Source: the human T2T-CHM13v2.0 reference genome, Homo sapiens. Taken from it: a stretch of DNA of 64,000 nucleotides. Below, piece after piece: positions 38,138 through 52,085 of the stretch (position 1 is its first letter; each line of letters opens with the position of its first letter). Under the pieces are notes generated by a model. That model was not told the origin of the DNA and made no database searches. It saw only the letters and a list, made by a program, of their open reading frames with translations. The position numbers and the translations under genes were made by a program. The stretch lies in NCBI RefSeq assembly GCF_009914755.1, contig NC_060942.1; one strand, 5' to 3'.

Positions 38138-39158
38138 CATTCTCAGAAACTTCTTCGCAATGTGTGTCCTCAACTAACAGTGTACAACCTATCTTTTGAT
38201 ACAGCACGTTGGAAACACTCTTTTTATAGAATCTGCAAGTGGATAGTTGGATAGCTCTAACGATTTCGTTGGAAACGGGAATACCTTCATATAAAATCTA
38301 GACAGTGGCACTCTCAGAAACTGCTTTGTGATATCTGCATTGATATCAGAGAGTTGAATATTCCCTTTCTAAGGGAAGGCTTGAAAGCGTCTTTTCGTGG
38401 AATCTGCGGGAGGATATTTGGATAGCTTTGAGTGTTACGTTGGAAACGGGATTACATATACAAAGTAGACAGCAGCATTCTCAGAAGCTTCTTTATGATG
38501 TTTGCGTTTAAGTCACAGAGTTGAACGTTCCCTTTCATAGAGCAGGTTTCAAACCCTCTTTCTGCAGTATCTGGAAGTGGACATTTCGAGCGCTTTCAGG
38601 CCCATGGTGAACAAGGAAATATCTTCCCATGCAAACTAGACAGAAGCATTCGCAGAAACTTGTTTCTGATGTGTGTCCCCAATTCACGGAGTTGAATATT
38701 TCGTTTGACAGAGCAGTTCGGAAACACGATTTTTGTAGAATCTTCAAGTGGATATTTGGATGGCTTTGTGGATTTCGTTGGAAACGGGAGTATCTTCATA
38801 GACAACCTAGACAGTAACATGCTCAGAAACTGCTTTGTGATATCTGCATTCACGTCACAGAGTTGAACATTCCCTTTCATAGAGCAGGTTTGAAACACAC
38901 TTTCTGTAGTATCTGGATGTGGGCACTTGGAGCGCTTGGACGCTTATGGTGAAAAAGGACATATCGTTCCATAAAAACTGGACAGAAGCATTCTCACAAA
39001 CTGCTTTGTGACGTATGTCTTCAACTAACAGAGTTGAACATTTCTATTCACAGAGCAGTTTTGAAAGACTCTTTTGGAGTATCTGCTAGTGGATATTTGG
39101 AGAGCCATAAGGATTTCATTGGAAACCGGAATATCTTCAGGTAAAATCTAGACAGAGG
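38138..39158 (+). repeat. Structural-variant HOR, 6-mer (1021 bp): m1, m2/m6 hybrid, m7-m10
   Basis: The monomer at 38309 starts as m2 (gtgg|cactctcagaaactgc) and continues as m6 (attgatatcagagag), with the junction at 38324-38341. 680 bp (4 monomers) are missing. Confidence 0.95.
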
Positions 39159-42100
39159 CATTCTCAGAAACTTCTTCGCAATGTGTGTCCTCAACTAACA
39201 GTGTACAAACTATCTTTTGATACAGCACGTTGGAAACACTCTTTTTATAGAATCTGCAAGTGGATAGTTGGATAGCTCTAACGATTTCGTTGGAAACGGG
39301 AATACCTTCATATAAAATCTAGACAGTGGCACTCTCAGAAACTGCTTTGTGATATCTGCATTCAAGCCACAGAGTTGAACATTTCCCTTCCTAAAGCAGG
39401 TTTGAAACACCCTTTTGGTCGTATCTGGAAGTAGACATTTGGAGCACTTTGACGCCTTTGGTGAAAAAGGAAATGTCTTCCCATGAAAACTAGACAGAAG
39501 CATTCTAAGAAACATTTTTGGGATATATGTACTCAACTAACAGAGTTGAACCTTTCTCTTTATAGATCAGTTTTGGAAAGCTCTTTATGTGGAATCTGCA
39601 GATGGATATTCGGATAGCTCTGAGGATTTCGTTGGAGACGGGAATACATAAAGAAAGTAGACAGCAGCATTCTCAGGAGATTCTTTGTGATGTTTGCTTT
39701 TAAGTCACAGAGTTGAATATTCCCTTCAATAGAGCAGGTTTGAAACACTCTTTCTGTAGTATCTGGAAGTGGACATTTCGATCGATTTCAGGCCTATGTT
39801 GAAAAAGGAAATACCTTAACATAAAAACTAGACAGAAGCATTCTCAGAAACGTCTTTGTGATGTGTGTCCTCAACTAACAGAGTTCAACCTTTCTTATGA
39901 TACAGCAGTTTGGAAACACTCTTTTTATAGAATTTGCAAGTTGATACATGGATACCCTAACTATTTCGTTGGAAACGGGAATATCTTCATATAAAACCTA
40001 GGCAGAAGCACTCTCAGAAACTACTTTGTGATATCTGCATTGATATCAGAGAGTTGAATATTCCCTTTCTAAGGGAAGGCTTGAAAGCGTCTTTTCGTGG
40101 AATCTGCGGGAGGATATTTGGATAGCTTTGAGGGTTACGTTGGAAACGGGATTACATATACAAAGTAGACAGCAGCATTCTCAGAAGCTTCTTTATGATG
40201 TTTGCGTTTAAGTCACAGAGTTGAACGTTCCCTTTCATAGAGCAGGTTTCAAACCCTCTTTCTGCAGTATCTGGAAGTGGACATTTCGAGCGCTTTCAGG
40301 CCCATGGTGAACAAGGAAATATCTTCCCATGCAAACTAGACAGAAGCATTCGCAGAAACTTGTTTCTGATGTGTGTCCTCAACTCACGGAGTTGAACATT
40401 TCGTTTGACAGAGCAGTTCGGAAACACGATTTTTGTAGAATCTTCAAGTGGATATTTGGATGGCTTTGTAGATTTCGTTGGAAACGGGAGTATCTTCATA
40501 GACAACCTAGACAGTAACATGCTCAGAAACTGCTTTGTGATATCCGCATTCACGTCACAGAGTTGAACATTCCCTTTCATAGAGCAGGTTTGATACACAC
40601 TTTCTGTAGTATCTGGATGTGGGCACTTGGAGCGCTTGGACGCTTATGGTGAAAAAGGACATATCGTTCCATAAAAAATGGACAGAAGCATTCTCACAAA
40701 CTGCTTTGTGACGTATGTCTTCAACTAACAGAGTTGAGCATTTCTATTCACAGAGCAGTTTTGAAAGACTCTTTTGGAGTATCTGCTAGTGGATATTTGG
40801 AGAGCTTTAAGGATTTCATTGGAAACCGGAATATCTTCAGGTAAAATCTAGACAGAGGCATTCTCAGAAACTTCTTCGTCATGTGTGTCCTCAACTAACA
40901 GTGTACAACCTATCTTTTGATACAGCACGTTGGAAACACTCTTTTTATAGAATCTGCAAGTGGATAGTTGGATAGCTCTAACGATTTCGTTGGAAACGGG
41001 AAGACATTCATATAAAATCTAGACAGTGGCACTCTCAGAAACTTCTTTGTGATATCTGCATTCAAGCCACAGAGTTGAACATTTCCCTTCCTAAAGCAGG
41101 TTTGAAACACTCTTTTTGTCGTATCTGGAAGTGGACATTTGGAGCACTTTGGCGCCTTTGGTGAAAAAGGAAATGTCTTCCCATGAAAACTAGACAGAAG
41201 CTTTCTAAGAAACATTTTTGGGATATATGTACTCAACTAACAGAGTTGAACCTTTCTCTTTATAGATCAGTTTTGGAAAGCTCTTTATGTGGAATCTGCA
41301 GATGGATATTCGGATAGCTCTGAGGATTTCGTTGGAGACGGGAATACATAAAGAAAGTAGACAGCAGCATTCTCAGGAGATACTTTGTGATGTTTGCTTT
41401 TAATTCACAGAGTTGAATATTCCCTTCAATAGAGCAGGTTTGAAACACTCTTTCTGTAGTATCTGGAAGTGGACATTTCGATCGATTTCAGGCCTATGTT
41501 GAAAAAGGAAATACCTTAACATAAAAACTAGACAGAAGCATTCTCAGAAACGTCTTTGTGATGTGTGTCCTCAACTAACAGAGTTCAACCTTTCTTATGA
41601 TACAGCAGTTTGGAAACACTCTTTTTATAGAATTTGCAAGTTGATACATGGATAGCCCTAACTATTTCGTTGGAAACGGGAATATCTTCATATAAAACCT
41701 AGGCAGAAGCACTCTCAGAAACTACTTTGTGATATCTGCATTGATATCAGAGAGTTGAATATTCCCTTTCTAAGGGAAGGCTTGAAAGCGTCTTTTCGTG
41801 GAATCTGCTGGAGGATATTTGGATAGCTTTGAGGGTTACGTTGGAAACGGGATTACATATACAAAGTAGACAGCAGCATTCTCAGAAGCTTCTTTATGAT
41901 GTTTGCGTTTAAGTCACAGAGTTGAACGTTCCCTTTCATAGAGCAGGTTTCAAACCCTCTTTCTGCAGTATCTGGAAGTGGACATTTCGAGCGCTTTCAG
42001 GCCCATGGTGAACAAGGAAATATCTTCCCATGCAAACTAGACAGAAGCATTCGCAAGAAACTTGTTTGTGATGTGTGTCCTCAACTCACGGAGCTGAACA

Positions 42101-44261
42101 TTTCGTTTGACAGAGCAGTTCAGAAACACGATTTTTGTAGAATCTTCAAGTGGATATTTGAATGGCTTTGTGGATTTCGTTGGAAACGGGAGTATCTTCA
42201 TAGACAACCTAGACAGTAACATGCTCAGAAACTGCTTTGTGATATCTGCATTCACGTCACAGAGTTGAACATTCCCTTTCATAGAGCAGGTTTGAAACAC
42301 ACTTTCTGTAGTATCTGGATGTGGGCACTTGGAGCGCTTGGACGCTTATGGTGAAAAAGAACATATCGTCCCATAAAAACTGGACAGAAGCATTCTCACA
42401 AACTGCTTTGTGACGTATGTCTTCAACTAACAGAGTTGAATATTTCTATTCACAGAGCAGTTTTGAAAGACTCTTTTGGAGTATCTGCTAGTGGATATTT
42501 GGAGAGCCATAAGGATTTCATTGGAAACCGGAATATCTTCAGGTAAAATCTAGACAGAGGCATTCTCAGAAACTTCTTCGTAATGTGTGTCCTCAACTAA
42601 CAGTGTACAACCTATCTTTTGATACAGCACGTTGGAAACACTCTTTTTATAGAATCTGCAAGTGGATAGTTGGATAGCTCTAACGATTTCGTTGGAAACG
42701 GGAATACCTTCATATAAAATCTAGACAGTGGCACTCTCAGAAACTGCTTTGTGATATCTGCATTCAAGCCACAGAGTTGAACATTTCCCTTCCTAAAGCA
42801 GGTTTGAAACACTCTTTCTGTCGTATCTGGAAGTGGACATTTGGAGCACTTTGACGCCTTTGGTGAAAAAGGAAATGTCTTCCCATGAAAACTAGACAGA
42901 AGCATTCTAAGAAACATTTTTGGGATATATGTACTCAACTAACAGAGTTGAACCTTTCTCTTTATAGATCAGTTTTGGAAAGCTCTTTATGTGGAATCTG
43001 CAGATGGATATTCGGATAGCTCTGAGGATTTCGTTGGAGACGGGAATACATAAAGAAAGTAGACAGCAGCATTCTCAGGAGATTCTTTGTGATGTTTGCT
43101 TTTAAGTCACAGAGTTGAATATTCCCTTCAATAGAGCAGGTTTGAAACACTCATTCTGTAGTATCTGGAAGTGGACATTTCGATCGATTTCAGGTCTATG
43201 TTGAAAAAGGAAATACCTTAACATAAAAACTAGACAGAAGCATTCTCAGAAACGTCTTTGTGATGTGTGCCCTCATCTAACAGAGTTCAACCTTTCTTAT
43301 GATACAGCAGTTTGGAAACACTCTTTTTATAGAATTTGCAAGTTGATACATGGATAGCCCTAACTATTTCGTTGGAAACGGGAATATCTTCATATACAAC
43401 CTAGACAGAAGCACTCTCAGAAACTACTTTGTGATATCTGCATTGATATCAGAGAGTTGAATATTCCCTTTCTAAGGGAAGGCTTGAAAGCGTCTTTTCG
43501 TGGAATCTGCTGGAGGATATTTGGATAGCTTTGAGGGTTACGTTGGAAACGGGATTACATATACAAAGTAGACAGCAGCATTCTCAGAAGCTTCTTTATG
43601 ATGTTTGCGTTTAAGTCACAGAGTTGAACGTTCCCTTTCATAGAGCAGGTTTCAAACCCTCTTTCTGCAGTATCTGGAAGTGGACATTTCGAGCGCTTTC
43701 AGGCCCATGGTGAACAAGGAAATATCTTCCCATGCAAACTAGACAGAAGCATTCGCAGAAACTTGTTTCAGATGTGTGTCCTCAATTCACGGAGTTGAAT
43801 ATTTCGTTTGACAGAGCAGTTCGGAAACACGATTTTTGTAGAATCTTCAAGTGGATATTTGGATGGCTTTGTGGATTTCGTTGGAAACGTTAGTATCTTC
43901 ATAGACAACCTAGACAGTAACATGCTCAGAAACTGCTTTGTGATATCTGCATTCACGTCACAGAGTTGAACATTCCCTTTCATAGAGCAGGTTTGAAACA
44001 CACTTTCTGTAGTATCTGGATGTGGGCACTTGGAGCGCTTGGACGCTTATGGTGAAAAAGGACATATCGTTCCATAAAAACTGGACAGAAGCATTCTCAC
44101 AAACTGCTTTGTGACGTATGTCTTCAACTAACAGAGTTGAACATTTCTATTCACAGAGCAGTTCTGAAAGACTCTTTTGGAGTATCTGCTAGTGGATATT
44201 TGGAGAGCTTTAAGGATTTCATTGGAAACCGGAATATCTTCAGGTAAAATCTAGACAGAGG

Positions 44262-45282
44262 CATTCTCAGAAACTTCTTCGCAATGTGTGTCCTCAACTA
44301 ACAGTGTACAACCTATCTTTTGATACAGCACGTTGGAAACACTCTTTTTATAGAATCTGCAAGTGGATAGTTGGATAGCTCTAACGATTTCGTTGGAAAC
44401 GGGAATACCTTCAAATAAAATCTAGACAGTGGAACTCTCAGAAACTGCTTTGTGATATCTGCATTGATGTCAGAGAGTTGAATATTCCCTTTCTAAGGGA
44501 AGGCTTGAAAGCGTCTTTTCGTGGAATCTGCGGGAGGATATTTGGATAGCTTTGAGTGTTACGTTGGAAACGGGATTACATATACAAAGTAGACAGCAGC
44601 ATTCTCAGAAGCTTCTTTATGATGTTTGCGTTTAAGTCACAGAGTTGAACGTTCCCTTTCATAGAGCAGGTTTCAAACCCTCTTTCTGCAGTATCTGGAA
44701 GTGGACATTTCGAGCGCTTTCAGGCCCATGGTGAACAAGGAAATATCTTCCCATGCAAACTAGACAGAAGCATTCGCAGAAACTTGTTTCTGATGTGTGT
44801 CCTCAATTCACGGAGTTGAATATTTCGTTTGACAGAGCAGTTCGGAAACACGATTTTTGTAGAATCTTCAAGTGGATATTTGGATGGCTTTGTGGATTTC
44901 GTTGGAAACGGGAGTATCTTCATAGACAACCTAGACAGTAACATGCTCAGAAACTGCTTTGTGATATCCGCATTCACGTCACAGAGTTGAACATTCCCTT
45001 TCATAGAGCAGGTTTGAAACACACTTTCTGTAGTATCTGGATGTGGGCACTTGGAGCGCTTGGACGCTTATGGTGAAAAAGGACATATCGTTCCATAAAA
45101 ACTGGACAGAAGCATTCTCACAAACTGCTTTGTGACGTATGTCTTCAACTAACAGAGTTGAACATTTCTATTCACAGAGCAGTTTTGAAAGACTCTTTTG
45201 GAGTATCTGCTAGTGGATATTTGGAGAGCTTTAAGGATTTCATTGGAAACCGGAATATCTTCAGGTAAAATCTAGACAGAGG
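44262..45282 (+). repeat. Second copy of the 6-mer structural-variant HOR (1021 bp)
   Basis: Same m2/m6 junction (about 44448-44465). It shares the rare variants cttcgcaatg and ttgagtgttacg with the 38138 copy. Confidence 0.95.
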
Positions 45283-48200
45283 CATTCTCAGAAACTTCTT
45301 CGTAATGTGTGTCCTCAACTAACAGTGTACAACCTATCTTTTGATACAGCACGTTGGAAACACTCTTTTTATAGAATCTGCAAGTGGATAGTTGGATAGC
45401 TCTAACGATTTCGTTGGAAACGGGAATACCTTCATATACAATCTAGACAGTGGCACTCTCAGAAACTGCTTTGTGATATCTGCATTCAAGCCACAGAGTT
45501 GAACATTTCCCTTCCTAAAGCAGGTTTGAAACACTCTTTTTGTCGTATCTGGAAGTGGACATTTGGAGCACTTTGGCGCCTTTGGTGAAAAAGGAAATGT
45601 CTTCCCATGAAAACTAGACAGAAGCTTTCTAAGAAACATTTTTGGGATATATGTACTCAACTAACAGAGTTGAACCTTTCTCTTTATAGATCAGTTTTGG
45701 AAAGCTCTTTATGTGGAATCTGCAGATGGATATTCGGATAGCTCTGAGGATTTCGTTGGAGACGGGAATACATAAAGAAAGTAGACAGCAGCATTCTCAG
45801 GAGATACTTTGTGATGTTTGCTTTTAAGTCACAGAGTTGAATATTCCCTTCAATAGAGCAGGTTTGAAACACTCTTTCTGTAGTATCTGGAAGTGGACAT
45901 TTCGATCGATTTCAGGCCTATGTTGAAAAAGGAAATACCTTAACATAAAAACTAGACAGAAGCATTCTCAGAAACGTCTTTGTGATGTGTGTTCTCAACT
46001 AACAGAGTTCAACCTTTCTTATGATACAGCAGTTTGGAAACACTCTTTTTATAGAATTTGCAAGTTGATACATGGATAGCCCTAACTATTTCGTTGGAAA
46101 CGGGAATATCTTCATATAAAACCTAGACAGAAGCACTCTCAGAAACTACTTTGTGATATCTGCATTGATATCAGAGAGTTGAATATTCCCTTTCTAAGGG
46201 CAGGCTTGAAAGCGTCTTTTCGTGGAATCTGCGGGAGGATATTTGGATAGCTTTGAGGGTTACGTTGGAAACGGGATTACATATACAAAGTAGACAGCAG
46301 CATTCTCAGAAGCTTCTTTGTGATGTTTGCGTTTAAGTCACAGAGTTGAACGTTCCCTTTCATAGAGCAGGTTTCAAACCCTCTTTCTGCAGTATCTGGA
46401 AGTGGACATTTCGAGCGCTTTCAGGCCCATGGTGAACAAGGAAATATCTTCCCATGCAAACTAGACAGAAGCATTCGCAGAAACTTGTTTGTGATGTGTG
46501 TCCTCAACTCACGGAGTTGAACATTTCGTTTGACAGAGCAGTTCGGAAACACGATTTTTGTAGAATCTTCAAGTGGATATTTGGATGGCTTTGTGGATTT
46601 CGTTGGAAACGGGAGTATCTTCATAGACAACCTAGACAGTAACATGCTCAGAAACTGCTTTGTGATATCTGCATTCACGTCACAGAGTTGAACATTCCCT
46701 TTCATAGAGCAGGTTTGAAACACACTTTCTGTAGTATCTGGATGTGGGCACTTGGAGCGCTTGGAAGCTTATGGTGAAAAAGGACATATCGTTCCATAAA
46801 AACTGGACAGAAGCATTCTCACAAACTGCTTTGTGACGTATGTCTTCAACTAACAGAGTTGAACATTTCTATTCACAGAGCAGTTTTGAAAGACTCTTTT
46901 GGAGTATCTGCTAGTGGATATTTGGAGAGCTTTAAGGATTTCATTGGAAACCGGAATATCTTCAGGTAAAATCTAGACAGAGGCATTCTCAGAAACTTCT
47001 TCGTAATGTGTGTCCTCAACTAACAGTGTACAACCTATCTTTTGATACAGCACGTTGGAAACACTCTTTTTATAGAATCTGCAAGTGGATAGTTGGATAG
47101 CTCTAACGATTTCGTTGGAAACGGGAATACCTTCATATAAAATCTAGACAGTGGCACTCTCAGAAACTGCTTTGTGATATCTGCATTCAAGCCACAGAGT
47201 TGAACATTTCCCTTCCTAAAGCAGGTTTGAAACACTCTTTCTGTCGTATCTGGAAGTGGACATTTGGAGCACTTTGACGCCTTTGGTGAAAAAGGAAATG
47301 TCTTCCCATGAAAACTAGACAGAAGCATTCTAAGAAACATTTTTGGGATATATGTACTCAACTAACAGAGTTGAACCTTTCTCTTTATAGATCAGTTTTG
47401 GAAAGCTCTTTATGTGGAATCTGCAGATGGATATTCGGATAGCTCTGAGGATTTCGTTGGAGACGGGAATACATAAAGAAAGTAGACAGCAGCATTCTCA
47501 GGAGATTCTTTGTGATGTTTGCTTTTAAGTCACAGAGTTGAATATTCCCTTCAATAGAGCAGGTATGAAACACTCATTCTGTAGTATCTGGAATTGGACA
47601 TTTCGATCGATTTCAGGCCTATGTTGAAAAAGGAAATACCTTAACATAAAAACTAGACAGAAGCATTCTCAGAAACGTCTTTGTGATGTGTGTCCTCAAC
47701 TAACAGAGTTCAACCTTTCTTATGATACAGCAGTTTGGAAACACTCTTTTTATAGAATTTGCAAGTTGATACATGGATAGCCCTAACTATTTCGTTGGAA
47801 ACGGGAATATCTTCATATAAAACCTAGACAGAAGCACTCTCAGAAACTACTTTGTGATATCTGCATTGATATCAGAGAGTTGAATATTCCCTTTCTAAGG
47901 GATGGCTTGAAAGCGTCTTTTCGTGGAATCTGCGGGAGGATATTTGGATAGCTTTGAGGGTTACGTTGGAAACAGGATTACATATACAAAGTAGACAGCA
48001 GCATTCTCAGAAGCTTCTTTATGATGTTTGCGTTTAAGTCACAGAGTTGAACGTTCCCTTTCATAGAGCAGGTTTCAAACCCTCTTTCTGCAGTATCTGG
48101 AAGTGGACATTTCGAGCGCTTTCAGGCCCATGGTGAACAAGGAAATATCTTCCCATGCAAACTAGACAGAAGCATTCGCAGAAACTTGTTTGTGATGTGT

Positions 48201-51200
48201 GTCCTCAACTCACGGAGTTGAACATTTCGTTTGACAGAGCAGTTTGGAAACACGATTTTTGTAGAATCTGCAAGTGGATATTTGGATGGCTTTGTGGATT
48301 TCGTTGGAAACGGGAGTATCTTCACAGACAACCTAGACAGTAACATGCTCAGAAACTGTTTTGTGATATCTGCATTCACGTCACAGAGTTGAACATTCCC
48401 TTTCATAGAGCAGGTTTGAAACACCCTTTCTGAAGTATCTGGATGTGGGCACTTGGAGCTCTTGGACGCTTATGGTGAAAAAGGACATATCGTTCCATAA
48501 AAACTGGACAGAAGCATTCTCACAAACTGCTTTGTGACGTATGTCTTCAACTAACAGAGTTGAACATTTCTATTCACAGAGCAGTTTTGAAAGACTCTTT
48601 TGGAGTATCTGCTAGTGGATATTTGGAGAGCTTTAAGGATTTCATTGGAAACCGGAATATCTTCAGGTAAAATCTAGACAGAGGCATTCTCAGAAACTTC
48701 TTCGTAATGTGTGTCCTCAACTAACAGTGTACAACCTATCTTTTGATACAGCACGTTGGAAACACTCTTTTTATAGAATCTGCAAGTGGATAGTTGGATA
48801 GCTCTAACGATTTCGTTGGAAACGGGAATACCTTCATATAAAATCTAGACAGTGGCACTCTCAGAAACTGCTTTGTGATATCTGCATTCAAGCCACAGAG
48901 TTGAACATTTCCCTTCCTAAAGCAGGTTTGAAACACTCTTTCTGTCGTATCTGGAAGTGGACATTTGGAGCACTTTGACGCCTTTGGTGAAAAAGGAAAT
49001 GTCTTCCCATGAAAACTAGACAGAAGCATTCTAAGAAACATTTTTGGGATATATGTACTCAACTAACAGAGTTGAACCTTTCTCTTTATAGATCAGTTTT
49101 GGAAAGCTCTTTATGTGGAATCTGCAGATGGATATTCGGATAGCTCTGAGGATTTCGTTGGAGACGGGAATACATAAAGAAAGTAGACAGCAGCATTCTC
49201 AGGAGATTCTTTGTGATGTTTGCTTTTAAGTCACAGAGTTGAATATTCCCTTCAATAGAGCAGGTTTGAAACACTCATTCTGTAGTATCTGGAATTGGAC
49301 ATTTCGATCGATTTCAGGCCTATGTTGAAAAAGGAAATACCTTAACATAAAAACTAGACAGAAGCATTCTCAGAAACGTCTTTGTGATGTGTGTCCTCAA
49401 CTAACAGAGTTCAACCTTTCTTATGATACAGCAGTTTGGAAACACTCTTTTTATAGAATTTGCAAGTTGATACATGGATAGCCCTAACTATTTCGTTGGA
49501 AACGGGAATATCTTCATATAAAGCCTAGACAGAAGCACTCTCAGAAACTACTTTGTGATATCTGCATTGATATCAGAGAGTTGAATATTCCCTTTCTAAG
49601 GGCAGGCTTGAAAGCGTCTTTTCGTGGAATCTGCGGGAGGATATTTGGATAGCTTTGAGGGTTACGTTGGAAACGGGATTACATATACAAAGTAGACAGC
49701 AGCATTCTCAGAAGCTTCTTTGTGATGTTTGCGTTTAAGTCACAGAGTTGAACGTTCCCTTTCATAGAGCAGGTTTCAAACCCTCTTTCTGCAGTATCTG
49801 GAAGTGGACATTTCGAGCGCTTTCAGGCCCATGGTGAACAAGGAAATATCTTCCCATGCAAACTAGACAGAAGCATTCGCAGAAACTTGTTTGTGATGTG
49901 TGTCCTCAACTCACGGAGTTGAACATTTCGTTTGACAGAGCAGTTTGGAAACACGATTTTTGTAGAATCTGCAAGTGGATATTTGGATGGCTTTGTGGAT
50001 TTCGTTGGAAACGGGAGTATCTTCATAGACAACCTAGACAGTAACATGCTCAGAACCTGCTTTGTGATATCTGCATTCACGTCACAGAGTTGAACATTCC
50101 CTTTCATAGAGCAGGTTTGAAACACACTTTCTGTAGTATCTGGATGTGGGCACTTGGAGCGCTTGGACGCTTATGGTGAAAAAGAACATATCGTCCCATA
50201 AAAACTGGACAGAAGCATTCTCACAAACTGCTTTGTGACGTATGTCTTCAACTAACAGAGTTGAACATTTCTATTCACAGAGCAGTTTTGAAAGACTCTT
50301 TTGGAGTATCTGCTAGTGGATATTTGGAGAGCTTTAAGGATTTCATTGGAAACCGGAATATCTTCAGGTAAAATCTAGACAGAGGCATTCTCAGAAACTT
50401 CTTCGTCATGTGTGTCCTCAACTAACAGTGTACAACCTATCTTTTGATACAGCACGTTGGAAACACTCTTTTTATAGAATCTGCAAGTGGATAGTTGGAT
50501 AGCTCTAACGATTTCGTTGGAAACGGGAATACCTTCATATAAAATCTAGACAGTGGCACTCTCAGAAACTGCTTTGTGATATCTGCATTCAAGCCACAGA
50601 GTTGAACATTTCCCTTCCTAAAGCAGGTTTGAAACACTCTTTTTGTCGTATCTGGAAGTGGACATTTGGAGCACTTTGGCGCCTTTGGTGAAAAAGGAAA
50701 TGTCTTCCCATGAAAACTAGACAGAAGCATTCTAAGAAACATTTTTGGGATATATGTACTCAACTAACAGAGTTGAACCTTTCTCTTTATAGATCAGTTT
50801 TGGAAAGCTCTTTATGTGGAATCTGCAGATGGATATTCGGATAGCTCTGAGGATTTCGTTGGAGACGGGAATACATAAAGAAAGTAGACAGCAGCATTCT
50901 GAGGAGATTCTTTGTGATGTTTGCTTTTAAGTCACAGAGTTGAATATTCCCTTCAATAGAGCAGGTTTGAAACACTCTTTCTGTAGTATCTGGAAGTGGA
51001 CATTTCGATCGATTTCAGGCCTATGTTGAAAAAGGAAATACCTTAACATAAAAACTAGACAGAAGCATTCTCAGAAACGTCTTTGTGATGTGTGTCCTCA
51101 ACTAACAGAGTTCAACCTTTCTTATGATACAGCAGTTTGGAAACACTCTTTTTATAGAATTTGCAAGTTGATACATGGATACCCTAACTATTTCGTTGGA

Positions 51201-52085
51201 AACGGGAATATCTTCATATAAAACCTAGACAGAAGCACTCTCAGAAACTACTTTGTGATATCTGCATTGATATCAGAGAGTTGAATATTCCCTTTCTAAG
51301 GGAAGGCTTGAAAGCGTCTTTTCGTGGAATCTGCTGGAGGATATTTGGATAGCTTTGAGGGTTACTTTGGAAACGGGATTACATATACAAAGTAGACAGC
51401 AGCATTCTCAGAAGCTTCTTTGTGATGTTTGCGTTTAAGTCACAGAGTTGAACGTTCCCTTTCATAGTGCAGGTTTCAAACCCTCTTTCTGCAGTATCTG
51501 GAAGTGGACATTTCGAGCGCTTTCAGGCCCATGGTGAACAAGGAAATATCTTCCCATGCAAACTAGACAGAAGCATTCGCAGAAACTTGTTTGTGATGTG
51601 TGTCCTCAATTCACGGAGTTGAACATTTCGTTTGAGAGAGCAGTTTGGAAACACGATTTTTGTAGAATCTGCAAGTGGATATTTGGATGGCTTTGTGGAT
51701 TTCGTTGGAAACGGGAGTATCTTCACAGACAACCTAGACAGTAACATGCTCAGAAACTGTTTTGTGATATCTGCATTCACGTCACAGAGTTGAACATTCC
51801 CTTTCATAGAGCAGGTTTGAAACACACTTTCTGTAGTATCTGGATGTGGGCACTTGGAGCGCTTGGACGCTTATGGTGAAAAAGGACATATCGTCCCATA
51901 AAAACTGGACAGAAGCATTCTCACAAACTGCTTTGTGACGTATGTCTTCAACTAACAGAGTTGAACATTTCTATTCACAGAGCAGTTTTGAAAGACTCTT
52001 TTGGAGTATCTGCTAGTGGATATTTGGAGAGCTTTAATGATTTCATTGGAAACTGGAATATCTTCAGGTAATATCTAGACAGAGG

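Noticed and set aside
42051-42060. Single 1-bp insertion (tcgcaagaaa) giving a 1702-bp unit
   Set aside because: A singleton that cannot be distinguished from a sequencing or consensus error.
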